Source: Octopus vulgaris
Taxonomy: Eukaryota
DNA length: 64,000 bases
NCBI GenBank assembly: GCA_951406725.2
Contig: OX597816.1
Span: forward strand, 53,816,001-53,880,000
Direction of reading: 5' to 3'
Part shown: piece after piece, positions 49,450 to 62,986 of the stretch
Layout: every line of letters starts with the position of its first letter
Numbering within the stretch: position 1 is the stretch's first letter
Translations under genes and position numbers: made by a program
Notes under the pieces: model-generated
The model's input: the letters and a program-made list of their open reading frames with translations, nothing else
Database searches by the model: none
Told to the model about the DNA's origin: nothing

Positions 49450-51765
49450 ATATATATACGAAATTGAATTTCTGTCTATTTGTTTGTCAAAATGAAAGTA
49501 AAGACAGCAAATCTGTAGTAGTCTCACCCTGCTTCAGATTCGAAACTGAATCTTTCAATTCTCCTTGGATATATGGCTTATTCAAATGCCAAAAGGAACC
49601 ATGACAAATGGGCATTCCACTTGACCTGTGGCCTTTTCAGTGCCATTACACACACACCTGGATTCAGTAAAGCTATTGTTCTATATGATATAGCTATTTT
49701 TCTAGCTTGTCGGTTCAGTTATAAAATTACAAACTTCTTTGAGATAGGCAGAGAGAACCCAACAGTCAAGCGAGATGCATGAGACACACACACACAGAGC
49801 TTGATAGGGAAAGGAAAAACATCGACACACCCGCAAAAACCACATCAATAACATGCATTCTGACTTAAACTTCTCTATCACACAGCGCCTTGCCTTGCAT
49901 TCCTGTAATATAGTGTTGGGAATTCAGTGCTAACACTGACAGGACACAGCATTTGTAATTTCATTTGACTATTACATACTGATATTCCTTATCAAAAAAA
50001 ATGTCTCCTAAAAAACAGAGCATCAAAAAACAAACACCATAGAAACACATGATGTGCAGTGGAAAACAAAGATGAGATGCACATGGCTTTCAGATAGATA
50101 GGCGCATGAGTGGCTGTGTGGTAAGTAGCTTGCTTACGAACCACATGGTTCCGGGTTCAGTCCCACTGCGTGGTACCTTGGGTAAGTGTCTTCTACTATA
50201 GCCTCAGGCCGACCAAAGCCTTGTGAGTGGATTTGGTAGACGGAAACTGAAAGAAACCCGTCGTATATATGTATATATATTTATGTGCGTGTTTGTGTGT
50301 CTATGTTTGTTCCCCTAACATCGCTTGACAACCGATGCTGGTGTGTTTACGTCTCCGTAAGTTAGTGGTTCGGCAAAAAGAGACCGATAAAATAAGTACT
50401 AGGCTTACAAAGAATCAGTCCTGGGGTCGATTTGATCGACTAAAGGCGGTGCTCCAGCATGGCCACAGTCACATGACTGAAACAAGTAAAAGAGAGTAAA
50501 GAGAGATGATCAACAAAAAAAGAAAGAAAGCTCGGTGTGTATCTGAAACCAAATATCAAAGAAATGCATAACATGCAAACGGCCAACAAAGAATGACCAA
50601 GTTGACGTGCAGCAGAAAATGAAGACAAAAGAGGTGCACAACTTGCAGTTGATTGTCTTTGAAGGGCATCATCACATCGTATGCAAGAAACACCACAAGA
50701 AGCTGCAGATAGATCTGAAAAATGACCGAATCGGGCACAACGAAGTTAGGTCAAGTCAGCAGTAAGCATCTTGCTGCTTTCGGTTACAACTCCAATCATC
50801 GCTATGAATCTGAAATTCGCTCGATGTCTTACCAATGCTATTACTATGGTGGTAAAAAATGGTTAAATGAACTACATGGACTACATACACTGTAGGAAGG
50901 GGCAAATTATGCTACCTTTCTTTCCTGACTTTCCTGAAGAACTGAAAAGTTTTCTTCATGGACCCTTCCATCAATTCAAAGCATTTTCTACAATAAATAC
51001 AACACTATAATAATGCTTTCCAAATGACTTCATTTGAAGTAAATATTGTGAATGAGGGAGGATTCGTGTTGACATTCAAAATCCAAGGTCAAGTATATCA
51101 TCAATCTGGTGACATTTTACCACTAGAAAATGAAGCCCATAAATTTTTGCAAGTTTATTTCATTAACAATATACAAAAACAAGCTGAAGCAAGGTAAAAT
51201 CTTAATGAAGGGCTTCACTTTGATATAATGCAACTTCAACAAATGCTCCAAAACAATCATTATATCAGGAATTTCAAATGTACCCTTGATAATACACAAA
51301 GAAGAAATTTTCAATTGGTAATCAATTCTAATGGAAGGCCCCCAACTGAGCATTCACGGCATTTCAATACCCCAGAAACTAATGAAGTTGCTATAATCTT
51401 ATCAAGTAAACAAACTGGAAAACAGCATATTATAAAGTGTAGAGATTGTTCCATTCAACAGGTAAGTGATACACTTTGCTCCTATGGTGCTCTACAGTAC
51501 CCATTGCTTTCTCCATATGGAACAGATGGATATCACTTTGGTTTTCTTCAGGTAAATCCTTAAAATCCTTAAAAATTGTTTTAGCCCGAAGGCCGCAGCC
51601 ATGCTGGGGCACCACCGCTAGGTAGGAGAAAATTCTACAAAAACTGTATCATTATTGGATTTTTATGCATTTCATCTGATGCTTAGCCCCATCAGTTACA
51701 ATTTATTGCATTGAAGTAGGGATTTTATTTCAACAATTTGTTGTTGATATGTATGCCAAGACTGA
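49450..51765 (+). mobile_element. Decayed autonomous Helitron, 5' part of RepHel
   Basis: YNNAFQMTSF, TFKIQGQVYH, KFLQVYF, RHFNTPETNEVAII, SYGALQYPLL..YGTDGYH, FQQFVVDMYAKTE are Helitron Rep N-terminal motifs (50760-51765). The 5' boundary is tentative. Confidence 0.85.
50100..50500 (+). mobile_element. SINE family A inserted in the Helitron
   Basis: Complete head-to-tail copy. Confidence 0.9.
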
Positions 51766-52064
51766 ATCATTGGAGTTGTAACTGAAAACAGCAAGATGCT
51801 TACTGCTGACTTGACCTAACTTCGTTGTGCCCGATTCCGTCATTTTCCCATCTATCTGCATTTTCTTGTGTTTCTTGCATACAATATCTGTTTTTTGGAA
51901 TACAAATGAGGGTTGGCAACAGGAAGAACATCTGGCTCTAAAATCCTGCATCAAATTGGAATGGTACATAAAAAGACATTAAATGAACAAATAAACAAAC
52001 AATACACGTGTGTGTGTGTGTGTGTGTGTGTAGTATGTACGTATGTATGTATGTGTATATATTA

Positions 52065-53835
52065 TCATTTAACCTCCATTGTCCATACTAGTATGGGTTT
52101 GACTGGGCTGGCATGCTGGAAGGCAGCACCAGCCTCCAATCTGATTTGGCATGGTTTTCTATGGCTGGATGCCCTTCCTAACGCTACCCGCTACAAGAGT
52201 GTAATGGCTGTTTTTTACGTGCCACTGGTATATGCCACAACTGATTTTGCTTGGCTTGATGGGTCTTCTTAAGTACAACATAATGCCAAAGGCCTTGGTC
52301 ATTGCCTCCATGAGGCCCAACACTCAAAAGGAACTTGGCCACCTGCCTCCATGAAGCCCAATGCTCAAAAGGAACTCATCCACTTGCCTCCATGAGGCCC
52401 AGTGCTCGAAGGAACTCAGCCACTATGCTTCCATGTGGCCCAATACTTGAAAGAAACTCAGCCAGTTTGCCTCTGTGAGGCCCAACGTTCAAGGTTGATT
52501 TTCTTTTGTGCCACCAGCTCGGGTGCACTTGACTTGATGGTCCTCTTAAGCCGAGCACATCACCAAAGGCCTTGGTCACTAGTTATTGCCTCTATGAGGC
52601 CCAATGCTCAAAGATCATGCTTCACTACCTCATCCCATGTCTTCTTGGGTCTACTTTTACCACAGGTTCTCTCCACAGTTAAAGATCGGCACTTTTCACA
52701 GCTGTCATCACATGACCATACCAGTGCAGTCTCCTCTCTTGCACACCACATCTGATGCCTCTTATGCCTAACTTTTCGCTCAAGATGCTTACACTCTGTC
52801 AAACATGCACACTAACATTGCATACCCAGCAAAGCATACTGGCTTCATTTCTTTCAAGCCTACACATGTCCTTGGCCCATGTTTCACTGCCATGCAGCAT
52901 AGCTGTTCACACAGGCATCAAACAATCTGCCTCTCACTCTGAGAGAGAGGCCCTTTATTGCTAGCAGGGGTAGATGCTCTCTGAACTTTACCCAACCTAA
53001 TCTTATTCTCACAGCTACGCTTTCAGAACATCCACTTCCACTACTAACCTGGTTGCCTATATACCGGTGGTAGCTATCTACTACCTCTAGCTTGTACCCC
53101 ATAGCAGTTGATGGTGTCTATTTTCCGCACATGTTCAGCATTTATTATGCCTGTGCATCTTCCACATACAAAAGATAGTTTCTCTGTTAACCTTCCTCTC
53201 ATGCTGCTGCACTTTTTGTGTGTCCAAAGCTTGCACTGGGTGCATCTTATGGAGTTCTACCAAAGGGGATTTCTGATTTGTTTGTCTTTGATTTTTGCTC
53301 GGTTAACTCTAAGGCCCTTTGATTCTAGACTTTGTTTCCATACCTGGAACATTTCTAGCAAGTTCATCAGCATAGAGGAGCTCCCAGGGGCAGCTTGTCT
53401 TGAATTCCTACGTTATTGCCTGGAGAACTCTGATGAACAGGAGGGGGCTGAGCACTGAACTTTGGTGAAACCCTACTTCTACCCTGAATTCTTTACTGTA
53501 CTTGTTGCCCACCTTCACCTTACTGATAGCATCTCTGTACAAGGCTTATACAGCTCTCACCAACCACTCGTCTCTCTCTAGTTTTCGCATTGACCACCAG
53601 ATAAGGGATTGGGTGACTCTGTCAAAAGCTTTCTCCAAGTTAACAAAAGCCAAGTACAGAGGTTCATCTTTGGCTAGGGATTTCTCCTGCAGTTGCCTTA
53701 CTGGAAATATAGCATCAGTGGTGTTTATACTTGGCACAAACCCAAACTGCATCTCATCTAGACCAACTATCTCCCTGATTACGACTCTCCACAACTTTCA
53801 TCACCTGATCCAACAATTTGATATCTTAGTAATTG
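52065..53835 (-). mobile_element. Degraded RTE LINE (RT to 3' tail) with a ~36-bp tandem array at 52300-52490
   Basis: LDEMQFGFVPS, FVNLEKAFD, RPKKTWDEVVKHDL; repeats of TGCCTCCATGAGGCCCAA..CTCAAAAGGAACTC. Confidence 0.88.
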
Positions 53836-53839
53836 TATC

Positions 53840-53871
<32 letters not shown>

Positions 53872-53874
<3 letters not shown>

Positions 53875-55063
53875 GGTCCATAAGATATTTGAGGACAGAT
53901 TTATGTTTATAAAAAACATCTATATAATAACAGATAACTTTATTTATCAAAGAATGCTATGAGGATAAAAATAAACCTTCTTTTCTATAATGTTATTCAA
54001 TAAAGCTACCTTGAGCTTCAACGACTGCTTCTATATGAGATCTAAATCATCTACATGTTTGAATCAAGTGGTCCTGGTTCATTTTGGACATTACTCTGAC
54101 TATGGCAGCTTTCAAAGAATCTTTGGTGTTATGGGCATGTTCATTGACTTTTCAACAATGCTCCCCATGTAATAATCCAATGGATTGAGATCTGGGGAAT
54201 TAGGAGGCCAAATATTAGTGGGTATGTGATCAAGAAAATTTTCAGCCATCCATTCCCCTGTTACTAGGCCATGCATGATAGTGCAGTCTTACTGAAACAT
54301 ATATGGCCTTTCATTGCATGCACTGTTTATCCAGGGCTTAACAATTATTTCCAGGACCTCAATATAGGTGGCAGAATTAACTCTAAGGCCTTGTGGAAAG
54401 AAGTAGAGAGGCATCATATGTCCTTTACTGCTGACAACCCCTAAAGCCATGACAGTTGCAGGAAATTTTGTATGCATAACCCTTGGAACTTCAGAAGGGT
54501 CTGCACATAACCATCTGTCATTTCTTCTGTTAACTTTTTGATCTTGGTTGAAGCTGGATTTTTCAGTTTAAGAGACTTTTAGATTTGATGTAGTGGTTTT
54601 CTTTTTCTGACAAATCGACCTTTCCTTATCCTATAAGACTTACATCTGATGACTTCATGGACAACACATCAGACTGTTCCTTCTGACACATGGAGATCTA
54701 TTGCAATTGACCTCATGGAATTTCTGGGATTGTAATCAATGGTCTGTTGAACTTGCTGGGTAAATCCAGGTGTTCTGATGATTTAGAATGACTTTTATGC
54801 TTTGATACTGGTGATACATTTCCATTTTCAGTCTCTAGCTCCTTACAAACTTTGTAGATGAAAGATCTGGCAACTTTTAAAAGTTGAGATATTTCTAAAT
54901 CGCTATGCTCAGCATTTATAACCACAAAATATGCCTCTTCATTTCTTGAGGAAACTGAGGGTTTGCCATTATTATTTTCTGAAACAAAGATTATACAGAG
55001 TTAGCAAAAATGCAGCAATGACCCCCCAAAAATGGTATGTCCTCAAATACATTACGCTCCCTG
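53872..55063 (-). mobile_element. Tc1/mariner superfamily DD37D (maT)-like transposon, degraded
   Basis: HTKFPATVMALGVVS...FFPQGLRVNSATYIEVL, WPPNSPDLNPLDY; imperfect ~26-bp TIRs containing TATTTGAGGACA at both ends. Confidence 0.8.
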
Positions 55064-55119
55064 TATATACATGTGTGTGTGTGTGTCTGTGTGTGTGTGT
55101 GTCTGTGTGTGTGTGTGTA

Positions 55120-56387
55120 TTGGGTCATCCCATAAATAATGCTGTTTTTTTATGCTTCTTTTATTTTCCAAAATTAAGATAAAGTTCTTTTTAAATCTAA
55201 AATATACTTTCCTTCATTCCTACAATGCTCTTCCATCTATCTGGTAGACTTGCAAGGCCCCTCTTCCAAAATTCGCTTGTCCATGATGAAAAATACTCTT
55301 CCAGTACTGTTCTGATCTTGTCTACAAAATTCACTTTTTTGTGTCCAAATGATTTTGAACACTGCAGAATAAATAATTAGATGGGGCAATGTTCATCGAA
55401 TATGGTGGGTGGGGCATTGTTTTCCATTCAAACTGCTCTAGCCTTTAGAATGTCATCCTCACTGTATGTGGCTGAGCATTATCCTGATGGAAGACCACCT
55501 TTCATCTTGAAACCAAAGATGGTGGTGTTTTTCTTCTAGCGCTGACATAAGCTGTTCGCAGTAGATCTCCTTTGTTATTGTTTGGTTTGGATTTAAAAGT
55601 TCAAAGTGGACTAAACCTTTCATATCCCACCAAACAGATCACATCTTATGTGGGTGAAGACCTTTAAGCCTGGGGTGCCAGTGTTTCTCCTTTCCCTACC
55701 CACTGTCTTCGGTGCTTGACATTTTTATAGAGAACCCATTTCTCATCACCAGTCACTATTTGGTCCAAAAAGGGTTCATTCGTGAGACATAAGAGCAAAG
55801 AAGAGTACACATTCATTCTCTGCCCGCGATTAGACACGGAAAGTTTGTGAGGAACCCATTGACCCAATTTGCTGACTTTTCCAATGGCACGCAGGTGTCA
55901 ATGAATGGTTAAATGACCAAATCCAAACTTCTCTGCTAGTTCCTCAACAGTTACGATGGGATTTTGTTCCACCAGGATTTGCTGGACGTCCTCGTCGAGC
56001 ACTACAGATCTTCCAGGATGAGGTTCATCTTCTAGGCTGTAGTTTCCAGCTCAGAATTTCTGGAGCCACTGTTGACACTGGCTTATATGCTTATTATCTG
56101 ATCCACATTTACTACATTAATATTCCTCACACTTCCCGTTGTGTTGTTGCTTTTTTATTGGACTCATAAAGCAAAATATGCTGAATGTGCTCCTTTGGCA
56201 CTTCCATTAGAGCTTTGAAAAAATAACTGTTAAAATCAAACTGCATTCTTCAAAACTTGCACTAAGAATAGACAAAGGTAAAATTACTTCCTGCTTTTAT
56301 AGCAAGTTGATACAGGTAGTTTATCCTGTCCTCCTTCGACTTTTAGTTCATGCAATTGAAAAAAACATTATTTATGGGATGACTCAA
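55120..56387 (-). mobile_element. Full-length (1268 bp) mariner with TIRs and TA TSD, transposase pseudogenised
   Basis: TA|TTGGGTCATCCCATAAATAATG...CATTATTTATGGGATGACTCAA|TA; WVPHKL, IVTGDEKWVLY; same family as 34206-35312. Confidence 0.92.
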
Positions 56388-57534
56388 TACACTCACACAT
56401 TTTTGCTCTTTCTCATTGGTGGTTTTAACACTGTCAATAAGATCTAATGTAAAAGAATTCTTTATTTGTTACAGATTGCAGTATATTTTTCTAAAAACCT
56501 TGATCTGTCTCATTACATTAAATTTTTTTCATCTTCAACTAATATTATTATTATGTCTTGTGTAATTTTGTATCAGTAATAAATGTGACCGTAATGCAAC
56601 CTTGTAGCAAGGAACTTGTGGAAGCAGTCACTATACTTTGTTGTGTCTTGTAACAGAAATATATCATCTTGTTGTCTGCTTCCTTCTTTATACTGAGATA
56701 ATTTATTCTCCTAATTATATGATGACATAAACTGGCAGCTCCAAATAAAGACACATTTATCTTCTACAAAATAACCACATACTGTAAAATAACTGCTATC
56801 AAGTTAATTTAATCAAAGTTGAATCACATTGTGAAAAAGCCATTCTTGCCATTTAAAAAGAAAGAAAAACTTGTTGAAATTAATCCACTCAAAAGGACCC
56901 TTGATTCAATGATACAAACATCCTGATGTCATGCTAATTTGTTTAAAACACCTTATTTAAAGTTTGTTTCACTACATTCTTCATATTTTCCAAATGAATT
57001 AAAATGAAGGTAATTTTGTGTTTGAACAGAATAGACATGTTGTAACAAAAAACTTAAATTCACTGGAAATTTATTTCTTGCAGTGAAGCTTATAATGAGA
57101 ACACAGTGCTTAAAAGGACTCTAAGGGCTTTTCCACAATATTGCTGCTTCAGTTTAAACACATGGTCTCATACATGGTCGTCAAGTACAACTCATTAACT
57201 TTGTTTTTTAATAAATTGTGGAATTGATATTTGGTTTTTGGTTTCCATAATGTAATATAACCTTTTTCTTTTCTTTTTTAAATACCAGTTTTCATAAAAC
57301 TGAACAGAAAACAAAGTGCCACTTGGTGCTATCCTTAGATCTATTGTCGAAAAATATACTGTCTGGCTGTAGACTATACTTCACATTATGGTCTGTTTGT
57401 CAAGTACTGTATGTATGATAGTCTGGACCACATACTAATTGTACAGGTGTTTTAGTGTAATAATTGTTCCTGATATTTTATACACAATATTATCTGAAAT
57501 CTAAAAGTTAAAATCAAAAGTATTTTGCTTTCAG

Positions 57535-57647
57535 CATTTCTGGTGGCAGTCCTCTCACAATGTTGACATGTATAAAGACCGAAGATCGGGGTTTGGCTAT
57601 CGATACAAGAACTGAAGACTCTCTCTGTGTTGAAGAAATCAGTTCAG
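57535..57647 (+). CDS. Putative internal coding exon (SISGGSPLTMLTCIKTEDRGLAIDTRTEDSLCVEEISS)
   Basis: Acceptor TTTTGCTTTCAG|, donor TCAG|GTAAAG, 113 bp, open in the phase left by exon 32563-32744; lies in ~1.3 kb of unique sequence. Confidence 0.6.
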
Positions 57648-57810
57648 GTAAAGCTCTTTCATTGTCTTCTTCTATTAATTTTCTCAAGAAGTAAACACAG
57701 GTTTCAAGATAATTGGTTCATACCCAAATCTGCTTCATACCAGTATTAAGTTGTTCCTAAAAAAATGAAAATGTCTTCCTCTCTGAAGATATCAAAAATA
57801 CGTCACATAT

Positions 57811-58205
57811 AGGCGCAGGATGTGTGGTAAGTAGCTTGTTTACCAACCACATGGTTCCGGGTTCAGTCCCACTGCATGGCACCTTGGGCAAGTGTCTTCT
57901 ACTATAGCCTCGGGCCGACCAAAGCCTTGTGAGTGGATTTGGTAGACGGAAACTGAAAGAAGCCTGTCGTTTATATGTATATATATATATGCGTGTGTGT
58001 GTTTGTGTGTCTGTGTTTGTCCCCACTAGCATTGCTTGACATCCGATGCTGGTGTGTCTATGTCCCCATTACTTAGCAGTTCGGCAAAAGAGACCGATAG
58101 AATAAGTACTGGGCTTATAAAAGAATAAGTCCCGGGGTCGAGTTGCTCAATTAAAGGTGGTGCTCCAGCATGGCCGCAGTCAAATGACTGAAACAAGTAA
58201 AAGAG
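57811..58205 (+). mobile_element. SINE family A, full length
   Basis: Collinear with the other copies. Confidence 0.9.
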
Positions 58206-59064
58206 TATATCCTACATATTCAGGTTTTTAGTAGCTCTACTGGGATTGAACCTGCTATAGATCTCCTTTCCCATTGGTTCCACTAACTTTGAAGTACACA
58301 ACACTTCCTTATATGGCAGTCGTCTCCTTACCCATCTCATACCCATGCCAATGTATCCATATCTCTTCTCCACAACTTACTGATTCCTCTTAGACCCAGT
58401 TTTCCTTCCAGTTCATTTATACATAGGTGTTCACACACACACACACACACACTGACATTTCACATCACAGGAATGTGCTGGTTTTATTTTGTTCTAGCCA
58501 TTGCAAGATTTCTGCATTCAAGACCCATATCTTACAACCATGCAGCATCACAATTCCATCACAAGCATCAAACAATCTGACCTTTACTCTGAGAGGGAAA
58601 AAAAAACTTTTCTTGCTGACAATAGTAGTAACTCTTTGAACATCCTCCAACTCATTCTTACTCTGGCAACTACACTTACTGACTAAGCCCTTCCCTATTA
58701 ATTATGTCTCCAAGGCTACAAATTTTCCACTCCTTATAGTGAACCATCCAAGCCTTTAAGTCCTATTCCCATTGTGCTCTTCATCTTGTTACCCCTGTTC
58801 ATCTACCACATACAAAGCATGCTTTTGCTGTTTGCCTGGTTAGATTCCACTACTTAGATTCACATGCTACTAAGGCCACTTAAGTATAGCTCAAAATTAG
58901 AGTTCCAGGTAAAGTGTTTGACAAGGCAAAGTTTGGCCAACTTCAACATTCTACTTTTTGGATTTTCAATCTCTTAGATTTTCCATAAGTAATTTTGAAA
59001 GTTCAACAAGAAAAAAAAAACAATTTTTGTTTAAAATTAACTCTTTCAAAACTATTAAATCTGT

Positions 59065-59245
59065 TGCACGTAAAAAGCACCCACTACACTCACAGAGTGG
59101 TTGGCGTTAGGAAGGGCATCCAGCTGTAGAAACACTGCCAGATCAGACTGGAGCCTGGTGTAGCCTTCTGGCTTCCCAGATCCCCGGTCGAACCGTCCAA
59201 CCCATGCTAGCATGGAGAACAGACGTTAAACGATGATGATGATGA
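59065..59245 (+). mobile_element. Solo RTE 3' tail
   Basis: AAAAGCACCCACTACACTC...GGAAGGGCATCCAGC...GACGTTAAAC(GAT)n. Confidence 0.85.
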
Positions 59246-60429
59246 ACGTACTGTCTAACCTGTCCCTGCTCCTTTCTGAAATCCCCTCCAACCTACCCCC
59301 TATCCACCACAAGACCTGTCAACCATCTGTCCAATCAAACTAGACCCAATACCCCCAGACTCCTATTTAGTGTCACAGCAACATCAGCAGCTAAACTAAC
59401 ATTTGCCATCATTTGTTGTCTCGCAGACTAAAACCCTCCATCCCTCTTTGGGCAGGTAGTCAAGGCAACAACAACAACACTTCAACACGGGGCAGGGGAC
59501 GATGGCCATCTCCCAGCAGAAACTGCAGGCACCTGAAGATTCCGTGTCATCCTTTGTGTGGCAAGCAGCCCTATCTAGGTGTAACACTACTTCTCTGATT
59601 ACAGAGGCGAGGTGAGAAAAGGAACCCTAAAAAAGTGTTGCCTTCAATAAGCTTGGCATTGACTGTAGATGTCCAGCCATCCAGTTCATTGCAATCAAGA
59701 TAACAATAAGATGAATAAAAGATGTATGCTAGTCTTTGGTTGTTGAAATGTAAGAGCTTTACAAGATAGCAAAGACAGTCTAAAATGAAAATGTATGGAA
59801 GATGGCCTGAACAAATCAATAAGTAGTTATCATAGTGTTAGTGTTAGCAATAGTACCAACAAAAATAATAGGTAAAAGTGGTACAAATGGTGGCGGGGCG
59901 GGGTGATAGTGAATAGAATGTCAGTAAGCAACATTAACATGCGACACAGTGCATCTGTAACATATGGTTGGGCCGTCAGCAACTAAACTATGCTTGCTTG
60001 GTGAGGCAGATGCAATGGTGATTTTTGAACACCCTGCAGGATGAAAAACAAAACCCAGCAAAGGGCAGTGGAACTCAGAAGAGTGGACAGTACTTGTTAG
60101 CCTTGGTCAGCAGGTCAGCAGTCTTGTCTAGTAAAGGGGAACACTAATTAAAAAATTAGGGTAAATCAAATTTAATGACTGGCATCCATGCTAGCGGGGT
60201 GCAAAGAGCACCATACGAGTGTAATCATTAACAGAGTGACTAACCGGCTTCCATGCCAGTGGCACTTAAAAGGCACCATTCGAGCGTGATCGTTACCAGC
60301 GTCGCCTTACTGGCACTCGAGCCCCATGCTAGTAGGGTATTAAGAGCACCATCCGAGCATGATCATTGCCAGAGCGGCTATCTCGATTGCAATGAACTGG
60401 ATGGCTGGACATCTACAGTCAATGCCAAG

Positions 60430-61815
60430 AACAAGGATTAGTGATTTCCAATTAACCAAAACCCGCAAAACTCCTGAGTGTTACTCGGATCACAGAATGG
60501 TTTGCAGCAAGGTATTTGTTAAGCCATATACAAAGGGGCCATTAAGATCCAGTATACATCCGAGAATAAATGTCGCTTCTTTAAAAAAATCCAGAAATGA
60601 CAAAAAAGTTTTGAAATGCACTTAAACTCAGTCTTCAGAAATAGAAGAATGCAATGATCCTGAAGTGTTTGTGGCACAATATTCATGACAGCATCAAATC
60701 ATTTGTTGAAGTAGCTCTAGGATTCATGAAACACAAGCACCAAGATTGGTTCAACAAGAAAGATTCTCAAATTAAACCCGTCTTAGAAACTGCACAATGG
60801 ACACAAGACATGGATCTCAGATATAAACTCACTAACACTCAGATCCCTATACATCTCCTCTAGGGAAACTACACAAAAAAACTGTGTAAGATGAAAAATT
60901 CTTGATGGGCAAAAAAAGTCCAAGAATTGTAACAGGCGCTAATTCTCACAACTTGGGAGTACTGTATGACAATCTGAAAGGTGTAGTTGGTTCAAGAAAG
61001 GATGCCACCACAGAACTTATTCTCTCTAACAACGGAACAAAACACCTAAGTAGCAAAGATGAAATTCTGAAAAGATGGGCTGAACTCTTTACATCTTTAT
61101 TAACCCTTTCGTTACTATATTTCTGATCAAAATACACCCCTCATGAGTTTCAATTAAATTCTAAAATAATCATGAATTTAGGCTTGTTTCATTAACCCTT
61201 TAGTGTTCAGATTATTCTATCAAACATAATGTTTATTGATTCCCATTGATTTGAATTAATCATGCATTATCTCATATCTTCAAGATCTTGATGGTGTAAT
61301 TACCTGATGTAGAATAACATTGTAGGGTAGGTGTGAGAGCCTGGATCTGGTCAGTTTGAACATAAAACAGATTAAATATTTTGGCCGGATATGGCCGGTT
61401 TAAATACTAAAGGGTTAAATAACTGTAACTTTTTTACTTATCAACATATTAATGTGATATTTGGAACATAATTAAAGAAAGGGTTCTTAATCAATTCTAT
61501 TACATAACTTTTGTCTCAAAGTGACTTTAATTACAGGTAAATCCAGGTAAATTGAGCAAAAGGTAAAAATATTAAAATTTTCTTTAAATCAAGAATCCCC
61601 AAATAATGCTGAAGTAATCAATGAAATTCTACAGTAGCCTATAATTGAAGAACTAGTGAAAGATCTTTTGAAGAGATAAGTACTGCTATCAAAAATCTTT
61701 CCAATGGTAAAGTGCCTGGACAAGGTGGTATTCCCATATAGGTGTACAAGCATGGTGGCAGACAACTTGTAAACAAGCTGCACAAATTGATCTGTGAAAC
61801 TGGATCAGTTCCCCC
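60430..61815 (+). mobile_element. Old RTE LINE fragment (APE end to RT start) interrupted by piggyBac-type MITEs
   Basis: ECYSDHRMV, KHKHQDWF, KDEILKRWAELF, then VYKHGGRQLVNKLHKLI after the insertion at TTAA 61100-61103. Confidence 0.7.
61196..61414. mobile_element. piggyBac-type MITE nested in another TTAA|CCCTTTCG element starting at 61104
   Basis: TTAA|CCCTTTAGT...ACTAAAGGG|TTAA. Confidence 0.8.
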
Positions 61816-62806
61816 AACAGTTGAAGCATACATTTATAACTCACTTGCATGGTTTGTTGGATTGTTTGACAGAAACTGGCTAACTAGAGAGCATGTCTGT
61901 TTTTACATGGGTTCTACAGCTGGATACCCTTCCTAATGTCAACCATTTCAGAATGTACTGGGTGCTTCTTACATGACACCACACCTATGAGCCCTCAAGA
62001 CAAAGACCTCTTGGCTGAGAGGTTGATGTAGAGGACTTGCCTATATTATGATCGGTCACAGTTTTACATAGCTTGTAAGTATGGTTTTATATGACCCTCT
62101 AGTCATGCTTCTAACTTCTTATCACTTGGCTTAAAGTCATCTCCTTCAATACTACTCACCAATTCAGTTAAGGGACCTCCTTTGTCTTGCAACTTGATGG
62201 CCTCACTGCTACTTGGTGTCACATGAAAAGCACCCTGTACACTCTGTAAAATGGTTGGCATTAGGAAGATTATCTATTCCTAGAAACTATGCCAAAATAG
62301 ATGGTAGAGGTTGGTGCAGTTCTTTGGCTCATGAACTCCTGTCAAACTGTCCAGCCCTTGAAAGCATGGAAAGCAGACATTAAATCATCACCATCATTTA
62401 ACGTCCATTTTCCATGCTGGCATGGGTTGGACAGTTTGACTGGGGACTGGCAAGCCAGGAGGCTGTTCCACGCTCCAATCTGATCTGGCAATGTTTCTAC
62501 AGCTGGATGCCCTTCCTAATGCCAACCAGTCTGAGAGTGTAGTGGGTGCTTGATGATATAGAACATTGGTTGAAAACTATTTTTCATTTTTTTTTTTTCC
62601 CACTCACCAATGTCTACATTTTCCTTCACATTTGATTCTGGACCTCACAGAATCACTAAAAAGCATGCTTTACTAACCCTAACATCTGAATATTTTTTAC
62701 ATTGTTATATCATTAAATGGGTTTCTGCTTGCTGAAAACTTGATGGTTTGACTCCTATTTTAATGAGCATTTTCTTGTTAGAAAAGGTATTTAAAATATC
62801 TTTTTC

Positions 62807-62986
62807 GGTACTACTAGCGACCTGGTGCGTGCATCCGCACTAGCTAGTCGTAAGTAGTCGATCGTGCAACGACTACCTAACAAAGTAAATAAAGCACAAA
62901 GTAAGGACCGACTAGTCATGACTAGCTGGCGTAGATGCGCAAGTACGCGAGAGCGCACACCGGGACCACTGTTCTCAAGTAGTACC
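62807..62986. mobile_element. 180-bp structured MITE with 9-bp TSD (Merlin- or MULE-like)
   Basis: ATCTTTTTC on both sides; termini GGTACTACT / AGTAGTACC; nested internal inverted repeats; CpG-rich. Confidence 0.8.
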
